Assembly (NCBI GenBank): GCA_032718475.1
Contig: JAUCBJ010008256.1
Location: 1-57,404 of the forward strand
Source: Nemertoderma westbladi
Lineage: Eukaryota; Animalia; Xenacoelomorpha
Length of the DNA stretch: 57,404 bases
Direction of reading: 5' to 3'
A program made the position numbers and the translations under genes. The notes beneath the pieces were generated by a model. The model was not told the origin of the DNA, made no database searches, and was given only the letters and a program-made list of their open reading frames with translations. Each line of letters starts with the position of its first letter. Positions within the stretch are counted from its first letter, which is position 1. This document shows, in pieces, positions 33,101 through 44,736 of the stretch.

Positions 33101-34551
33101 TCTAACTCTCGGACCTGTTGGGAGGAGCGTACTCGATTCTCCTCCATCTTTTCGAGGAGAATGTCCATCCCCCGCCGTCTCTCGTCCACCCAATCAACCG
33201 CCGAAACGGGATCCGCCAACGTTGTAGCGGGCGGACGAGGGACAACGGGCGACAAATCATGAATATTTCGCTCGGAGTCCAAGGCATGAACTGTCTCATG
33301 GGCTGTTCTGCTGGGCACAGGTAGCTTAGTGCTGTGCAACGGGAATTGAGAGGTAGGTTCAGGGAGTACAGGTGTCTCTACGACCGAAAAGGTGGCTTTG
33401 GGAACAGGCCTAACTATTTCAGGCTCATCTACTATAGTAGGGAGTCTCTCTATTGTAATTATTTGGTCTGTGGGTTCTGTACTACCTAAGTTGGTGTTAT
33501 TTAGTTGCCTTCTAACAGCTGGAGGCAAATCAGGCAATTTCTGACGGTGGAATGTTCTTTTACGTCGGCTTAGGTGAGATCTATTTCCTTTGCCTTCAGT
33601 GTCGGTGGTATCGCCTTCCTCAGATGATGTATAACCCTGTCTTTTGGGAGTAGATCTATTCATCATCTGCATATTACTAGCTGTTAACTGTTTATTAACA
33701 TTATCTTGTCTCTCTTGAAGATTTTCCAACTCTAGTTGGGTTGTCTCTTCAGATGCCCTCCGTTCTGCTTCTGCCACTGCTATTTTTCTTTCCGCTTCAG
33801 CCGCCTTTCTTTCCGCTTCTGCTGCTGCCACCTTTCTTTCCGCTTCTGCCGCTGCCACTGCCGCTGCTGCTGTCTTTCTATCTTCTATACGTTTTTTCTT
33901 CACCCTTTCTTCTTGGTCTCTAGCAATGCGGAGTTGTTCATCGAATTTAGCTTGGTTCGCAGCTAACATTTCCGCATCGATTGCGTCCAGCACAAGCTTG
34001 GTTCCTTCACTATTAGGGCTAAGCCCCTCCAACCTTCTCCTCAACTCTTCATCTCCTACAAAGCGTTGATAGTCTGACAGATAGATGTCAATAGCATCCC
34101 TCTTATGCGGTTTCTCTGCTGTCACTTCGCTTTCTTCTTGAGAAAAAGTGGCGTCGGTTGATTCTTCATAGGTTGGCCGCTCATCATAAACCTTATCCAC
34201 CATCTTCACTCCGCGTTCGGGCGTCCGCTCATCAGTATCCGAACTACTGGAGCTATCGGGCCGCTGAAAAATAGGTTCTTGGCTAGGATGTTGCTGCTGT
34301 TTGACAGCTGCTTCTTGATCCCGCTTGACTTGGGCCCGAGTGCCGATGATAGACCTACGATGTTGGACTAGCCTAGGATCTGACACTACTTCTGTAGGGA
34401 TGGCCTTTCTCACAGCAGGAGGTGACTTAGACTTGGATCTAGGATGTTCTCTACTTGGATCTGGGTCACTGATCTTTTTAAGACACTGTCTAACAGTCAT
34501 TCTAACACTATCTAGGAGACTATCCGACAGTGATTGGGTTGTGTCAGACAT
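30121..34551 (-). CDS. gag: BEL/Pao Gag-protease (1476 aa) fused in frame to an RNase H-tail remnant
   Basis: Zn knuckles CALC..H..C, CYNC..H..C, CAKC..HHILLH; protease LLDSGS; then jumps to QWRYCP..NPTDIASRG and YSSW remnants. No YxDD, DAS or integrase core. Confidence 0.9.
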   Translation of the reverse strand: MSDTTQSLSDSLLDSVRMTVRQCLKKISDPDPSREHPRSKSKSPPAVRKAIPTEVVSDPRLVQHRRSIIGTRAQVKRDQEAAVKQQQHPSQEPIFQRPDSSSSSDTDERTPERGVKMVDKVYDERPTYEESTDATFSQEESEVTAEKPHKRDAIDIYLSDYQRFVGDEELRRRLEGLSPNSEGTKLVLDAIDAEMLAANQAKFDEQLRIARDQEERVKKKRIEDRKTAAAAVAAAEAERKVAAAEAERKAAEAERKIAVAEAERRASEETTQLELENLQERQDNVNKQLTASNMQMMNRSTPKRQGYTSSEEGDTTDTEGKGNRSHLSRRKRTFHRQKLPDLPPAVRRQLNNTNLGSTEPTDQIITIERLPTIVDEPEIVRPVPKATFSVVETPVLPEPTSQFPLHSTKLPVPSRTAHETVHALDSERNIHDLSPVVPRPPATTLADPVSAVDWVDERRRGMDILLEKMEENRVRSSQQVRELEGTVQQLKGTVKESRLELQEVQQNIALERDKLVNLQKGIPPPLVTMCQPVRSEVSHAQGVEPTRIYTASEVETPIVNPIKGNYRPVDNDIPYRPDHNPRNLYTDNSILNNTMAQESFTRQMARTEARQAVKVGEIVKFNGDEMKWLPFNEYYKDNIQNSVLSNGEKLRFLIECLEGSPKLMALKFIGHPDGLRQVWDTLNIRYGNRNNIAGYLYAKLVAPRKFISSGIIEFSDEIQEICRQLDWLGKSHEYQNAMVIRAVASTLPKGGVGTRWDKKVLYMMEQQRRDPTMADLMSFLDGEVKLQLLKLSREKTPENKVSEKPVSRRKVTPVCYTDDGESQTSQREDSGKDTDKSYYVNKMPKDQVSKFKSRTNDRREQVKKTPPTSPKRIQVRKPEERTSVHNVTQSKVSNIKPKCALCDGTHRLNMCDEFLKKSLTERCEVMWDKRLCYNCLRQGHQRRTCYSDTRCAKCGAKHHILLHTEFERNSPSQVSDSKLHVQFSDVNDTDQSEMEGFYTDEFSDENESCYMINTTVYRALIYEKDTDIDLALTTSDRQPFWKAPTSNVGIREFLVVQLRVHGPQKSYIVNALLDSGSTGTFIDKELAEDIFAGQPKFRTKLNMSGIMQVWKSAVAADYYIGELSTPQDKLGEHSIRSVKMVAIKNFATTQVEPYNWDEDDHAQQLNIPRFDTDYPGVQILISQNAHEALETLEIRPAQPQPLQTYAVRTRVGWYLTGPSRRTLRERLLQDRVCQVSEWEDDTSEGDDPTEGTPYSSDNDDISSNVDQWRYCPKKFNPTDIASRGATPQELTDTTDRLGEPDFLSKEDEWPPHLTPTEIRPAKGAEKVKPKTRTGGSELFEPGIDLSVLHIARDDAVDLDLPTASGSFMKIRESDWSSGTSDVSQGLSPLLQGATDHYSSWNRLCKAVVYLERCFYRNYSRTKRKPGIVFGMQRLNHPVGRLCLPEGNGGLSGNCGRQDSLPTTTSLILQTSRDSIT

Positions 34552-34679
34552 GTTTGATGGTACAGTTGAATGCCTACTGCTATATTACAGTTAAAGCAAG
34601 TCTAGTAATTCAGTATCACTGTTAGCCTAGTAATTAATTACTGATACTGCTACTCAGTGTAGCGTGATATATATATAAT

Positions 34680-34935
34680 ATATTAGAATACCGGTATGCT
34701 TATAGTATATATATAAGTATTATTACAGACTAGATTTGTCCAGAGTACCGGTATATAATTTTAGCACAAATATATATAAATATAATAGGCCTATCGTGAA
34801 TACCGGTATACAACTGACACTTATAGTATATATAAGTATAATTATTACAGACTAGAATTAATTACAGAATACCGGTATGCTTTCAGCTCAAATTTATAGA
34901 AATAAATATAATAAGCCTATGGTAAATACCGGTAT
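34680..34935. repeat. ~125-bp duplicated AT-rich unit (AATACCGGTAT motifs) in the leader of B
   Basis: CTTATAGTATATATA..TTACAGACTAGA occurs twice; TACCGGTA occurs five times. Confidence 0.75.
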
Positions 34936-35925
34936 GTCAATTATTTTAGAATAATTGAATTTCTGAATTTTAAGGGTTACTTGGTTACTTTAACTTACTT
35001 TATTACCGTTATTTGAGCAGTAGTCCAACTGATATTGAGACCTAATTGTTATATGGCAGGCCTACTATTTATAAATCGTTTGAGTTGATTTATAATATAT
35101 ATATATACCCGTTTAATGGGTTTTGTCAATGTTTGAAATAAATGTTATTATTTCTGGGGGAGTCACTACACATAAGCTGTGCGCTCTCAGTGGAGTGCTA
35201 CTTGTTAGACACTAAAACAAATAATTCTAATTTACCTAAGTTACTTAATACTACAAATTACGTACAATTCGGGTTGAGATTACAATCTCTAAATAAACAC
35301 AAAAATTTAATTACAAATACACAAATACAAATTTTTAGGGTAATTTTACAAGAAGTCTACTAACCAGCCTAACAAAGGGTTAGAATATCTGGTTATTACA
35401 ACGGACAGGTTACTACGGTATTTGAAAATAATAAGTAGTAGTAAATATACTGCGCTGTCCAGATAGGAAAATACCACCGCCTGACGACCTATAACCGTAT
35501 CGCTATAGGTACTACGTTATGTATCACGGAGTGTCCCTACCTAGAAGTTAATTACCGCGGTCTACCAGAACCAACGTGCCTATTAACCACTTTACAACAC
35601 AAATACACTGTCTACACACTAATTGCTTTCGGAAAGCACTGTACACTAAACCCTAAATTAGGTACAAGTACTTGTACAACAAATAATCAGTAGTTAAAAA
35701 TACTTGAACAGCCAAAAGAACCAAGGTATCTGCCGGAGTGACCAAAGCACAAAATCTCCAGTCTTTACCTACGCCGAGCAGCCCTGATGTAGTACCGGGG
35801 TTAGTTTAACTATAACGGTATGTATAACAAACACAATTACTGTAGGAATAAACTTGGGGATATGAATGTTGCGAATAATCGCATAAACTCTGAATAATAA
35901 ATATTACGCTACGCGTACAAACCAT

Positions 35926-36471
35926 TCAAACAAAATGCAGACCAAATACTGACAGACTACTATCAAGCCTAAACAAACTACGGTATATGCAGACTCCAAA
36001 ATGATTAGTTAGTATGCGTTCTAACCCAGTAGTACGACTTATTCTTTCACAGGGGGTTTACCTCACAGCACTTGAAGCCCCTACTTTCCTAACTTAGCAC
36101 TTTATCGGACAGATGCTCTACACACACCGAAATTTCCTCAAACCCAACAACAGCCAGACAACTATCCAGCCTACAAATTATCTAAATAAAATGATACGCT
36201 ACCCGTACAGACTACACAAACAAAGTACAGACCAAACGCTGGCGGACTCCTATCAGGCCTAAATAAACCACAGGACATGCAGACTCCGAAATGGTTAAGT
36301 AGTATGCGTTCTAACCCAGTAGTACGACTTATTCTTTAGATGGGGGTTTACCTTACAGCTATGGCTGCCCCTACTTCCTAACCGTTCTTTATCGGACATA
36401 CACTCTACATGCACTGCAATCCGTTCAGACCTAATCAACAGTTAGCCAACAGTCAAGCCTACAAATTATCT
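35926..36471. repeat. ~290-bp diverged tandem duplication in the leader of B
   Basis: AGTATGCGTTCTAACCCAGTAGTACGACTTATTCTTT at 36011 and 36301; flanks align. Confidence 0.88.
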
Positions 36472-36741
36472 GTACAATCTGAGCAGGCTTACACGCCTTC
36501 TGCTCAATACTGGCCTACAAATAAATAAAACTGGCAGAAATAAGTAAACTATACAAAAGAATGAGGGGTGATCAATCCCTATTCTCTTAAACAGCCCACC
36601 GGTATACAATACCACAATCGAATAATACTGCTGTACCTGTACTACTGTAGGTACCGGTCCGGATGATCAGGCAGTCAGGCCTACTGGTTACCGATCGACC
36701 GGTACTTTCGACTAGATTGCTTACACCGCAATCCAGAAGCA

Positions 36742-36752
36742 ATATCTGTTAT
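36742..36752 (-). promoter_or_regulatory. Non-canonical PBS position of element B (ATAACAGATAT), complementary to its own LTR
   Basis: First 11 nt after the 5' LTR; exact reverse complement of the minus-strand LTR sequence at 37491-37481. Confidence 0.7.
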
Positions 36753-37924
36753 TGTTTGCGCTTTTAAGACCTTTGACAGTTTAACCTGCCAAAATTAGAA
36801 TGTCTTTTGGATGATAAATAGTCTTTAGCCTATGACGAGTATTTGATACACTACATTAGCCGAAGCCAGTCTATGCGCAATCATTCACCCGTTGGATATA
36901 CCCGGGAGACTGAGTTCGGAGCTTAATGATTGATGGTGTAAGCCTACTGTATTATTCGACTGATCGTAATATATAATCTCTGACAAATATTATTCACTTT
37001 CGGGAAATATTAACAGTTCCTTTAGGACGTGGCGCTCTAAATATGTAAACAGAGTTATGACTTAAACTAGACGCAATGAGATGGCTATAGATTCACGTAT
37101 ATGGCGCATTCTTTAGGAGATGCTTTGTTATCAGTCACAATCATACACAATGCTGCACAATGCTGCACACCAATCTGCCGACCTTCACTAATTTTAGTCA
37201 CATACAAAGAGAATAACAGACAATACATGTAGGGCCTATAAAATAGCATTAGATTCACTTCACACCACTTAACATAAGTCGCAATCGTTTATCTGTAACC
37301 GGTCTCTCTAACCTTTAGTATATCAAGAAGGTTGGGTGTCTGACTATTGATCAGTATTCCAAATATAATCTTCCATCAACAAATATAATGAATAACCGAC
37401 AGCAAAAGCAGTAATGTTAGGTAAGATATGCATGATATGTTTAGTAAGCATTGAGATATGAATTGCATTGGTATGGTTAGATAACAGATATACGTTCTAT
37501 AATTAAGCCTACTAATGTAAGACTAAAGACTGAAACACGGAGGTGCCAAAAGCCGGTGTTCTTAGGCTCTGGGCAAAAACATAACACTGAATTCCTGAGT
37601 TTCTGTATCCACCTCCAACACAGAGACAAAAAACGCTCTGATTGGTCGACCGAACAACGAGAGAACAAAGAAACAAAGAAATGTCGACGTGGCAATATCA
37701 GCTGTTAGCCGTCGTCATGGTAGCGACACTGTTTTCAAGAGTATCGAGCTTTTTGCGTCACGAAATTGCGGATTATGTCCTCTAAAGTACAAATACAGAA
37801 GAAATGGCTTTTATGTCCTCTAAAACACCAGTACAGCAAGGACACGGCCTTTTTATGCCTGGTAAACCAACCACAGAGTACTTTACGGGGATAATAACCG
37901 GCTAATTACGCAAAAGCTTTTACA
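36753..37924 (-). repeat. 5' LTR of element B (1172 bp)
   Basis: Direct repeat of 25719-26876. Confidence 0.95.
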
Positions 37925-38634
37925 GTAAGAGGAAAAGGTTACCGGTAGCAACTGCGACTTAAATTATAGTGGTTTTTGTGTGAATTAAATGCTATTTCAT
38001 AATCCCTACATGTGTCAGTTGCGATCTTCCTTATATATGATAAAATTCAGTGACGGTCGGCAGATTAGTGCGCAGTAGTGTGAAGTAGTGTGAAGTCGTG
38101 TGAAGTAGTGTGAAAGATAATAAAGCATCTCCTAAAGAATGATGCGCTATTTACGAAACTCTGTGGCCATCTAGTTGTGATTAGTATAAGTCATAGCTCT
38201 GTTTTTTATACTTAAAGCGCCACGTCCTAAAGGAACTGTTAATATTTCCCCGAAAGTAAATATATTTGTCAGAGATTATATAGTAACGATCAATCAAATA
38301 ATACAGTAGGTCTACATTGCAATAACTCTCAAGGCTCCCGAATCCAGTCTCCCTTAACTGTGGGTGAATGATCGCGCACAGACTGGCTTCGGCTGATGTA
38401 ACTTCAGTACACTGAATAATCGATATAGGCTAAAGTCGATTTATAAACAAGAGGACAACTAAAATTGGCAGGTTAAACTGCTAAAGGTCTAAAAGCGCGA
38501 ACAAAAATATACTGGAGAAAACAATACTTGTTTGTGTTTGTGGTTGTCGTGACAGACTTGTTTGCTATCTAACTTTGTTCAACTATTATAATTAAATTCA
38601 CTCTACGAAAATGATTTAAATTATTAAATACATT

Positions 38635-38703
38635 CAACAATGTAGCTACCATGTAAAACAATGTAGCTACCCTGTAAAACAATGTAACTACCATGTCAAA
38701 CAA
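38635..38703. repeat. 21-bp tandem repeat (AACAATGTAGCTACCATGTAA), resuming at 39845-39880 after the solo LTR
   Basis: Units visible on both sides of the LTR insertion. Confidence 0.85.
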
Positions 38704-39844
38704 TGTAAAAGCTTTTGCGGACTCTGCGATGTGCTGTGTAGGTGTTTTAGCGGTCATAACAAGCGATTTTTACCCGCTATGTCTGCATGTGTGCTTTAGC
38801 GGACATAAAAAGCCAGTTTTGACGCAATACGCTTAAATACTCTAAACGATGACTCATATGACGCAATCTACCAGCTGATTTGCTGACGTGGAACTTTCCC
38901 TTCTCCTCTGTGTTCTTTGTTCGGCTCGGCCAATCAGAGCGATTTTCATTTTATGTGGGACAAGAGCCTACGTAAACCGTGCCAGGCAAGTCAGTGTTAG
39001 TTTTTATCTTTCCAAGCCCAGAACACCGGCTTAGGATTCTTCTGTGCTTCTGTGGAAGTTTCAGACTTTAGCCAACATTAGATGGCTTTGATTATAGAAA
39101 CGTAAATCTATTATCATACCAGCACTGTATACCATACCTGCATACCAGTTGACGGACACAGTGCAGTGTTACACCTTGCACAAACTATTTTACTTCTGTT
39201 TACCGTTTGTTATTAATTGTTGTATATGAAGAGATATCTTGTTATATTTGGAGAATAACGATAAATGATCATAAACCCCAATCTTCTTGATTACTGAAGG
39301 TAAGAGGGACCGGTAATCGGTAGCAATTGCGACTTACATTACAGTGGTTTTGTGTGAAGTAAATGCTATTTCATAATCCCTACATGTGTCAGTTGCTATC
39401 CTCCTTATATATGATCAAGTTGGGTGACGGTCGGCAGATCATTGTGAAGTAGTGTGACAGATAATAGAGCATCTCCTAAAGAATGCGCCATTTACGAAAT
39501 TCTATAGCTATCCCGTTGTGTTTAGTGTAAGTCATAACTCTGTTGATATACTTAAAGCGCCACGTCCTAAAGGAACTGTTAATATTTCCCCGAAAGTAAA
39601 TAATATTTGTCAGGGATTATATAGTAACAATCAATCGAATAATACAGTAGGTCTGCAACGCAATAACTTCAAAGCACCCGAATCCAGTCTCCCTTAACAG
39701 TGGGTGAATGATCGCGCATAGACTGGCTTCGGCTAATGTTAGTTTATGTGTACTAAATAGTTGTTGTAGGTTAAAGTCGATTTATAAACAAGAGGACACC
39801 TAAAATTGGCAGGTTTAACTGCTAAAGGTCTGAAAGCGCGAACA
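38704..39844 (+). mobile_element. Intact solo LTR (1141 bp), B-related family
   Basis: TGTAAAAGCTTTTGCG...AAAGCGCGAACA; TSD AACAA (38699-703 and 39845-49). Confidence 0.93.
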
Positions 39845-40157
39845 AACAATGTAGCTACCATGTAATACAATGTAGCTACTTCATGTACATTTACAGGCTA
39901 ACCAATAATACATCTATCTATCTAGTTGTTTAGGCGTTTCATTGTTTAGCCGATAAATTTACATAAAGTAGCTACATTTATTCATTTGATTTGTTTGATG
40001 CACACATGTTGACAACATGTAAAATAAATATAAGGGAAGATATTAATATTAATCTATCAAACAATCCCAACACTGTCGAACCAAATAAATAATAGTAATG
40101 CTTCTAAATTTACCCAACAAACTCCATTGACCAAATTTTTCCTGCTGTCCGAATAAT

Positions 40158-40306
40158 AACTATTTACATACTTGTGTGTAAAGTCGCACTTTGATGATTG
40201 ATGAGTGTGATGATCCGAGTGGCTTTGTTACACGAACGAACGTTAGTTAGTGAGTGAAAATCTAGCCATGAGGATCAGAACACTGTAAAGTACTTTGCAA
40301 CAAGTA
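40158..40306. repeat. Unclassified dispersed repeat, inverted copy at about 56676-56815
   Basis: GAGGATCAGAACACTGTAAAGTACTTTGCAACAAGTA and its flanks recur as the reverse complement. Confidence 0.8.
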
Positions 40307-40585
40307 TGTATGTAGTTTTATTCCAAAATTTTAACATTACGAAATGATTGTACATATACATTATAAGTGATAGAAACTGCACAAATTATATTAGTTGCTG
40401 TATAAATAATTGTAAAATTGACATAAATTATGTAATAAATAAGTTAGCTTATATTTATGGTGGCGTTTGGAGCCATGTTATAATAATATAGCTATGCCCT
40501 ACTGGTTATTAATAGCTATACCCCGCCTACCGGTAGGTAATGCAGTAGGCCTATCTGGCTGGCCGTCAGGCAAATTTCCACCTAT

Positions 40586-40668
40586 TGTTTACGTGGTAAC
40601 CATGACGGCGTTAAGTAATATCCACTAGGGGGACATTACTTAACGCCGCCATGGTTACCACGTTAACA
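40586..40668. repeat. 83-nt inverted repeat (38-bp arms, 3 mismatches, 7-nt loop)
   Basis: TGTTTACGTGGTAACCATGACGGCGTTAAGTAATATCC / GGACATTACTTAACGCCGCCATGGTTACCACGTTAACA. Confidence 0.9.
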
Positions 40669-41549
40669 GAAACACCAAATACAATACTAAATGTACAGGC
40701 CAATACAATGCTGTAATGTCCTCTAAAGTTGTAAAGAGCTACATAACAACTCGCTTTTACTAACGGTGTTGAGTAATGTTACAATTTTGGAATAAAAGAT
40801 TTTACACTGATCAGTAATGAAGTCTATACGATAATGGGTTTGTTTCGAATTCCGGAGGAGAAGCGACGCTTAGTTAACCCACCAGAAACTCATTCTAATC
40901 AATATCTCTCAACACATCCTCTCTTAAGGATATGGCATTTCTACATACTTCCATTCCTAATTCGTCATTACAAGAAGCCGGTTACTCCAGATACATTCTA
41001 TCGTCCACTTTCCCAGAACTTGGATTCCAGAATATCCATAGAAAAACTTCTCAATAATTGGAAAAAGGTAATTTGTAAAAGAAAAATTATTACAGTAAAT
41101 TTATTCATAACAATGAATTAAATGACCTTGGGAGTATTTTCATGTAATGTTTTAGTCGCATTAATTGCATACATGTATTGTAGAATGAAAAGCAGTAGTA
41201 GACCCTATACAGTTGATCTACAGTCGGGTTATTCCTCCCCCAGCCGGAATCAGTACAGTGTTCAGTTATACAGTAGAATATGTGTCTAGAACAAGGCGAT
41301 ACTTAGTACGTGTCTCCTTCGTCTATGATAAAAAACTGGTTTATATTCGAACTTTCCTAGAACTTCTACGAAGTAAAAATTAAATTGAAAAGTAAAATGG
41401 CAAATCAGGAGTATTTGGAAATCCACTAATTTAGATTATGAAAAGGATCGAAAGTTTTAGGCAAACAACTACTGCATAAGTTCATGCTTGGTTTGTGTTT
41501 GTGTTTGTGTTTGAGATTTAATGTTTAATAGTGAAATATATTGCAACTA

Positions 41550-42561
41550 CGCGTCTAACTCATAGCTGAGATGACGAAATCTACTAGCTGTTTCTTTGTG
41601 CGTAGGACCTGTGTTAATTGTTGACATATTTCAGCCAATCAGCGCGATCTCCCTTTACCTGTGCTCTGTAGCCTATGTAAAATGACGCAATGCGGCAAAT
41701 TTCTCAGAATTCCTTCATTCTGATTTTCTGTCTGTTCTGACTTCGCCCGGAAACATTAGTGGCTGGAGAGAGTCATAAGAACGCAAATCTATTAACAATT
41801 CAATTCGTAACACTGCAAACGAACTCACATTCAATTAAAAGCGCATAACTTCTGACGTACTGACCCTTGCGCACAAACTGCAACACTGCTGTTGCGCCGC
41901 TAACACCGTTTTAACTGTCTTATACTATTGTTATTTGTTGTTATATATTAATGGTTGTTATATTTAGAGAATACTGACTGATAAACGTTAAATTCCCCTT
42001 AACTTTTTTAATTACTGAGGTAAGCAGAAGGGTGTATCACTAGCAATTGTGGCTCAATTTATAGTGGTCTGTATGGATATAATCAATGCTATTTCATAAC
42101 CCCAACTTATGCGAGTTGCAATCCTCCTTATATATGACTAAAATCGGTGACAGTCAGCACATCAGTGTGTGTTAGTGTGAATATTAGTGGAGAAAGTTAG
42201 TGTGAAGGTTAATAAAGCATTCCTAAAGAATGCGCCATTTGCGTTATCTCATTGCCACTCGTTGTAATTAGTGTCAGTGATAACTCTGCGTGATACTTAA
42301 AGTACCACGCCCCAACGGAACTGTTAATATTTCCCTGAAAGTAAATATAGTTGTCGGAGATTATATAGAAGTGATCAATCGAATAATACAAAATAGCCTA
42401 CTCCTCTCTCTACAATAGAATCCAGTCTCCCACACCCGTGGGCGTCATACGCCGTGCTAGACTGGCTTCAGCTGATGTCAATTAGAACGGGCGATTATCA
42501 ACTCATAAGATACTTAAATTAGCAGGTTAAACTGTTAAAGGTCTGTCTAAAAGCGCGAACA
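41550..42561 (+). mobile_element. Older, 5'-truncated LTR of the B-related family
   Basis: Collinear motifs GCCAATCAG, TTACTGAGGTAAG, GGAACTGTTAATATTTCCC and end AAAGCGCGAACA; start boundary approximate; no TSD found. Confidence 0.8.
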
Positions 42562-42799
42562 AGAAATGTTATTGAAATCATCTTGCCACTGTCCAAAGTC
42601 TTGTCCATTCCCATTCTTTTAATTGTGTTTCTTGTCAATAAAGTAGGATTTGGGAAATATTAGATAATAATAATATTTAATAATAATCATAATAATAATA
42701 GATAGATAATAATAATAATATTAATAATATTTATATGAGAAAACCTGAATGTCGTTTATACTTTCATATCATTTTATGTTAGTGTCACATTTTCAACCT

Positions 42800-43490
<691 letters not shown>

Positions 43491-44736
43491 TTCGTGTAAT
43501 TATATATGGTGAAGTGCAAGGTTTTCAACATTTTTTTTGACAAAGTTGTGGGGCGAGCGACGAAAGTAAGCGAGCTTTACATACAGGAGCATACAGGTAT
43601 CACTAACTCAATAAGTCAGTTGCCAGCTTGTTTATTATTTATCTCGCAAAATAATTGCCTGGAGTATTTAATCATATTCTTTAGAATCATTAGCTAAATA
43701 ATTTATTTGAGGTGTTGACCTTATAAATTAATATTTTAGTATCAATACTATCGGCATAAGGTAAGTTTTAATAATTTTTACATATTTGGTTGCCTCCACA
43801 CCTAAAAATATATTACTTTTAAAACACAAATTTCCTGTTAATACATACCTCTGCCTTTCATTAATCCTCTGTGCTCCTTTGGTTTGGGGTGCGTGGTGCA
43901 GATTAAGAGATTTATTCTTATTGGCAGTTTGGTTAAATTTCTTATTTATTTATTTAAATTTCTTAAGTACCGATTTTGGGATAGATTTGCTCAATTTGAA
44001 TCTGTATCTGATAACTGAGCCTCGTGCCGCGCGAAGGCCCCACGAACGTGTTATCTACAGACAGATGATTAGTGAATATTCACTTTGCAGAAACCATAAA
44101 GTTTATCTTTAATAAGATAAAGAAATTCTTGGTGAACAAGTTATACCATAACAATGGCTTATGGCTTTAAAGATGTTGAAGGCCGAGGTATTGTGTCGAA
44201 GGTCCTATTCGGACCTTCATCCTGGAACCTCATGTACTCAATTTTTTCGAACCTAAGTCCTCTTCGGATCTTCGACCTGGATGTGTGAGGCCTTCGATGA
44301 CGGCCAGGCTCTGTACTTTATAGAAGAGGTCTGCATTACCTGGAAATCTTTCTCACACCGTCGTGTGAATTGTGAAACACGATAAATGAAAATCTCGTAT
44401 TGACAAAGTTAATAACGTCATACATTGATCTACTTAAAAAAGATACAATTACTTTTAAATCGCTTCAGGCTGTAAATCTCACTTATACAGTAACATACTG
44501 TAGGCCGTACTGTAGGGCAGTATCTAATTTCAGTCACATTATAGCCTTGTTCACTCGTCGAAGGAATTTAAGCCTATCGCTCTGATTTATTGTGCATCCC
44601 ACAATCGTAAGAACAAAATTGTTCAGTTTATCTAGAGTGTCAGATTTTTCAGGAAAAATTAAGTGACGGATGGCCATAACATATCAATTTACTATTACAT
44701 AAATACATGTTCTGGAATATGTAATAGTAGTAGGGT

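Larger units (their letters stand above)
25719..37924 (-). mobile_element. BEL/Pao LTR retrotransposon 'B' (12.2 kb, non-autonomous, RT/RH/IN deleted)
   Basis: Paired LTRs TGT...ACA; TSD GTAAG (25714-18 and 37925-29); BEL gag-protease ORF. Confidence 0.94.
25136..38503 (+). mobile_element. Solo LTR (B-related family) split by insertion of element B; halves 25136-25718 and 37930-38503
   Basis: TGTAAAAGCTTTTGCG start, AAAGCGCGAACA end, TSD AAAAT (25131-35 and 38504-08). The joined halves are collinear with the solo LTR at 38704-39844. Confidence 0.9.

Noticed and set aside
36733-36735. TGG 18 nt into the leader of B as a tRNA PBS
   Set aside because: Too far from the LTR, and TGGATTGCGG does not match any tRNA 3' end I know. 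Not searched, so not fully excluded.
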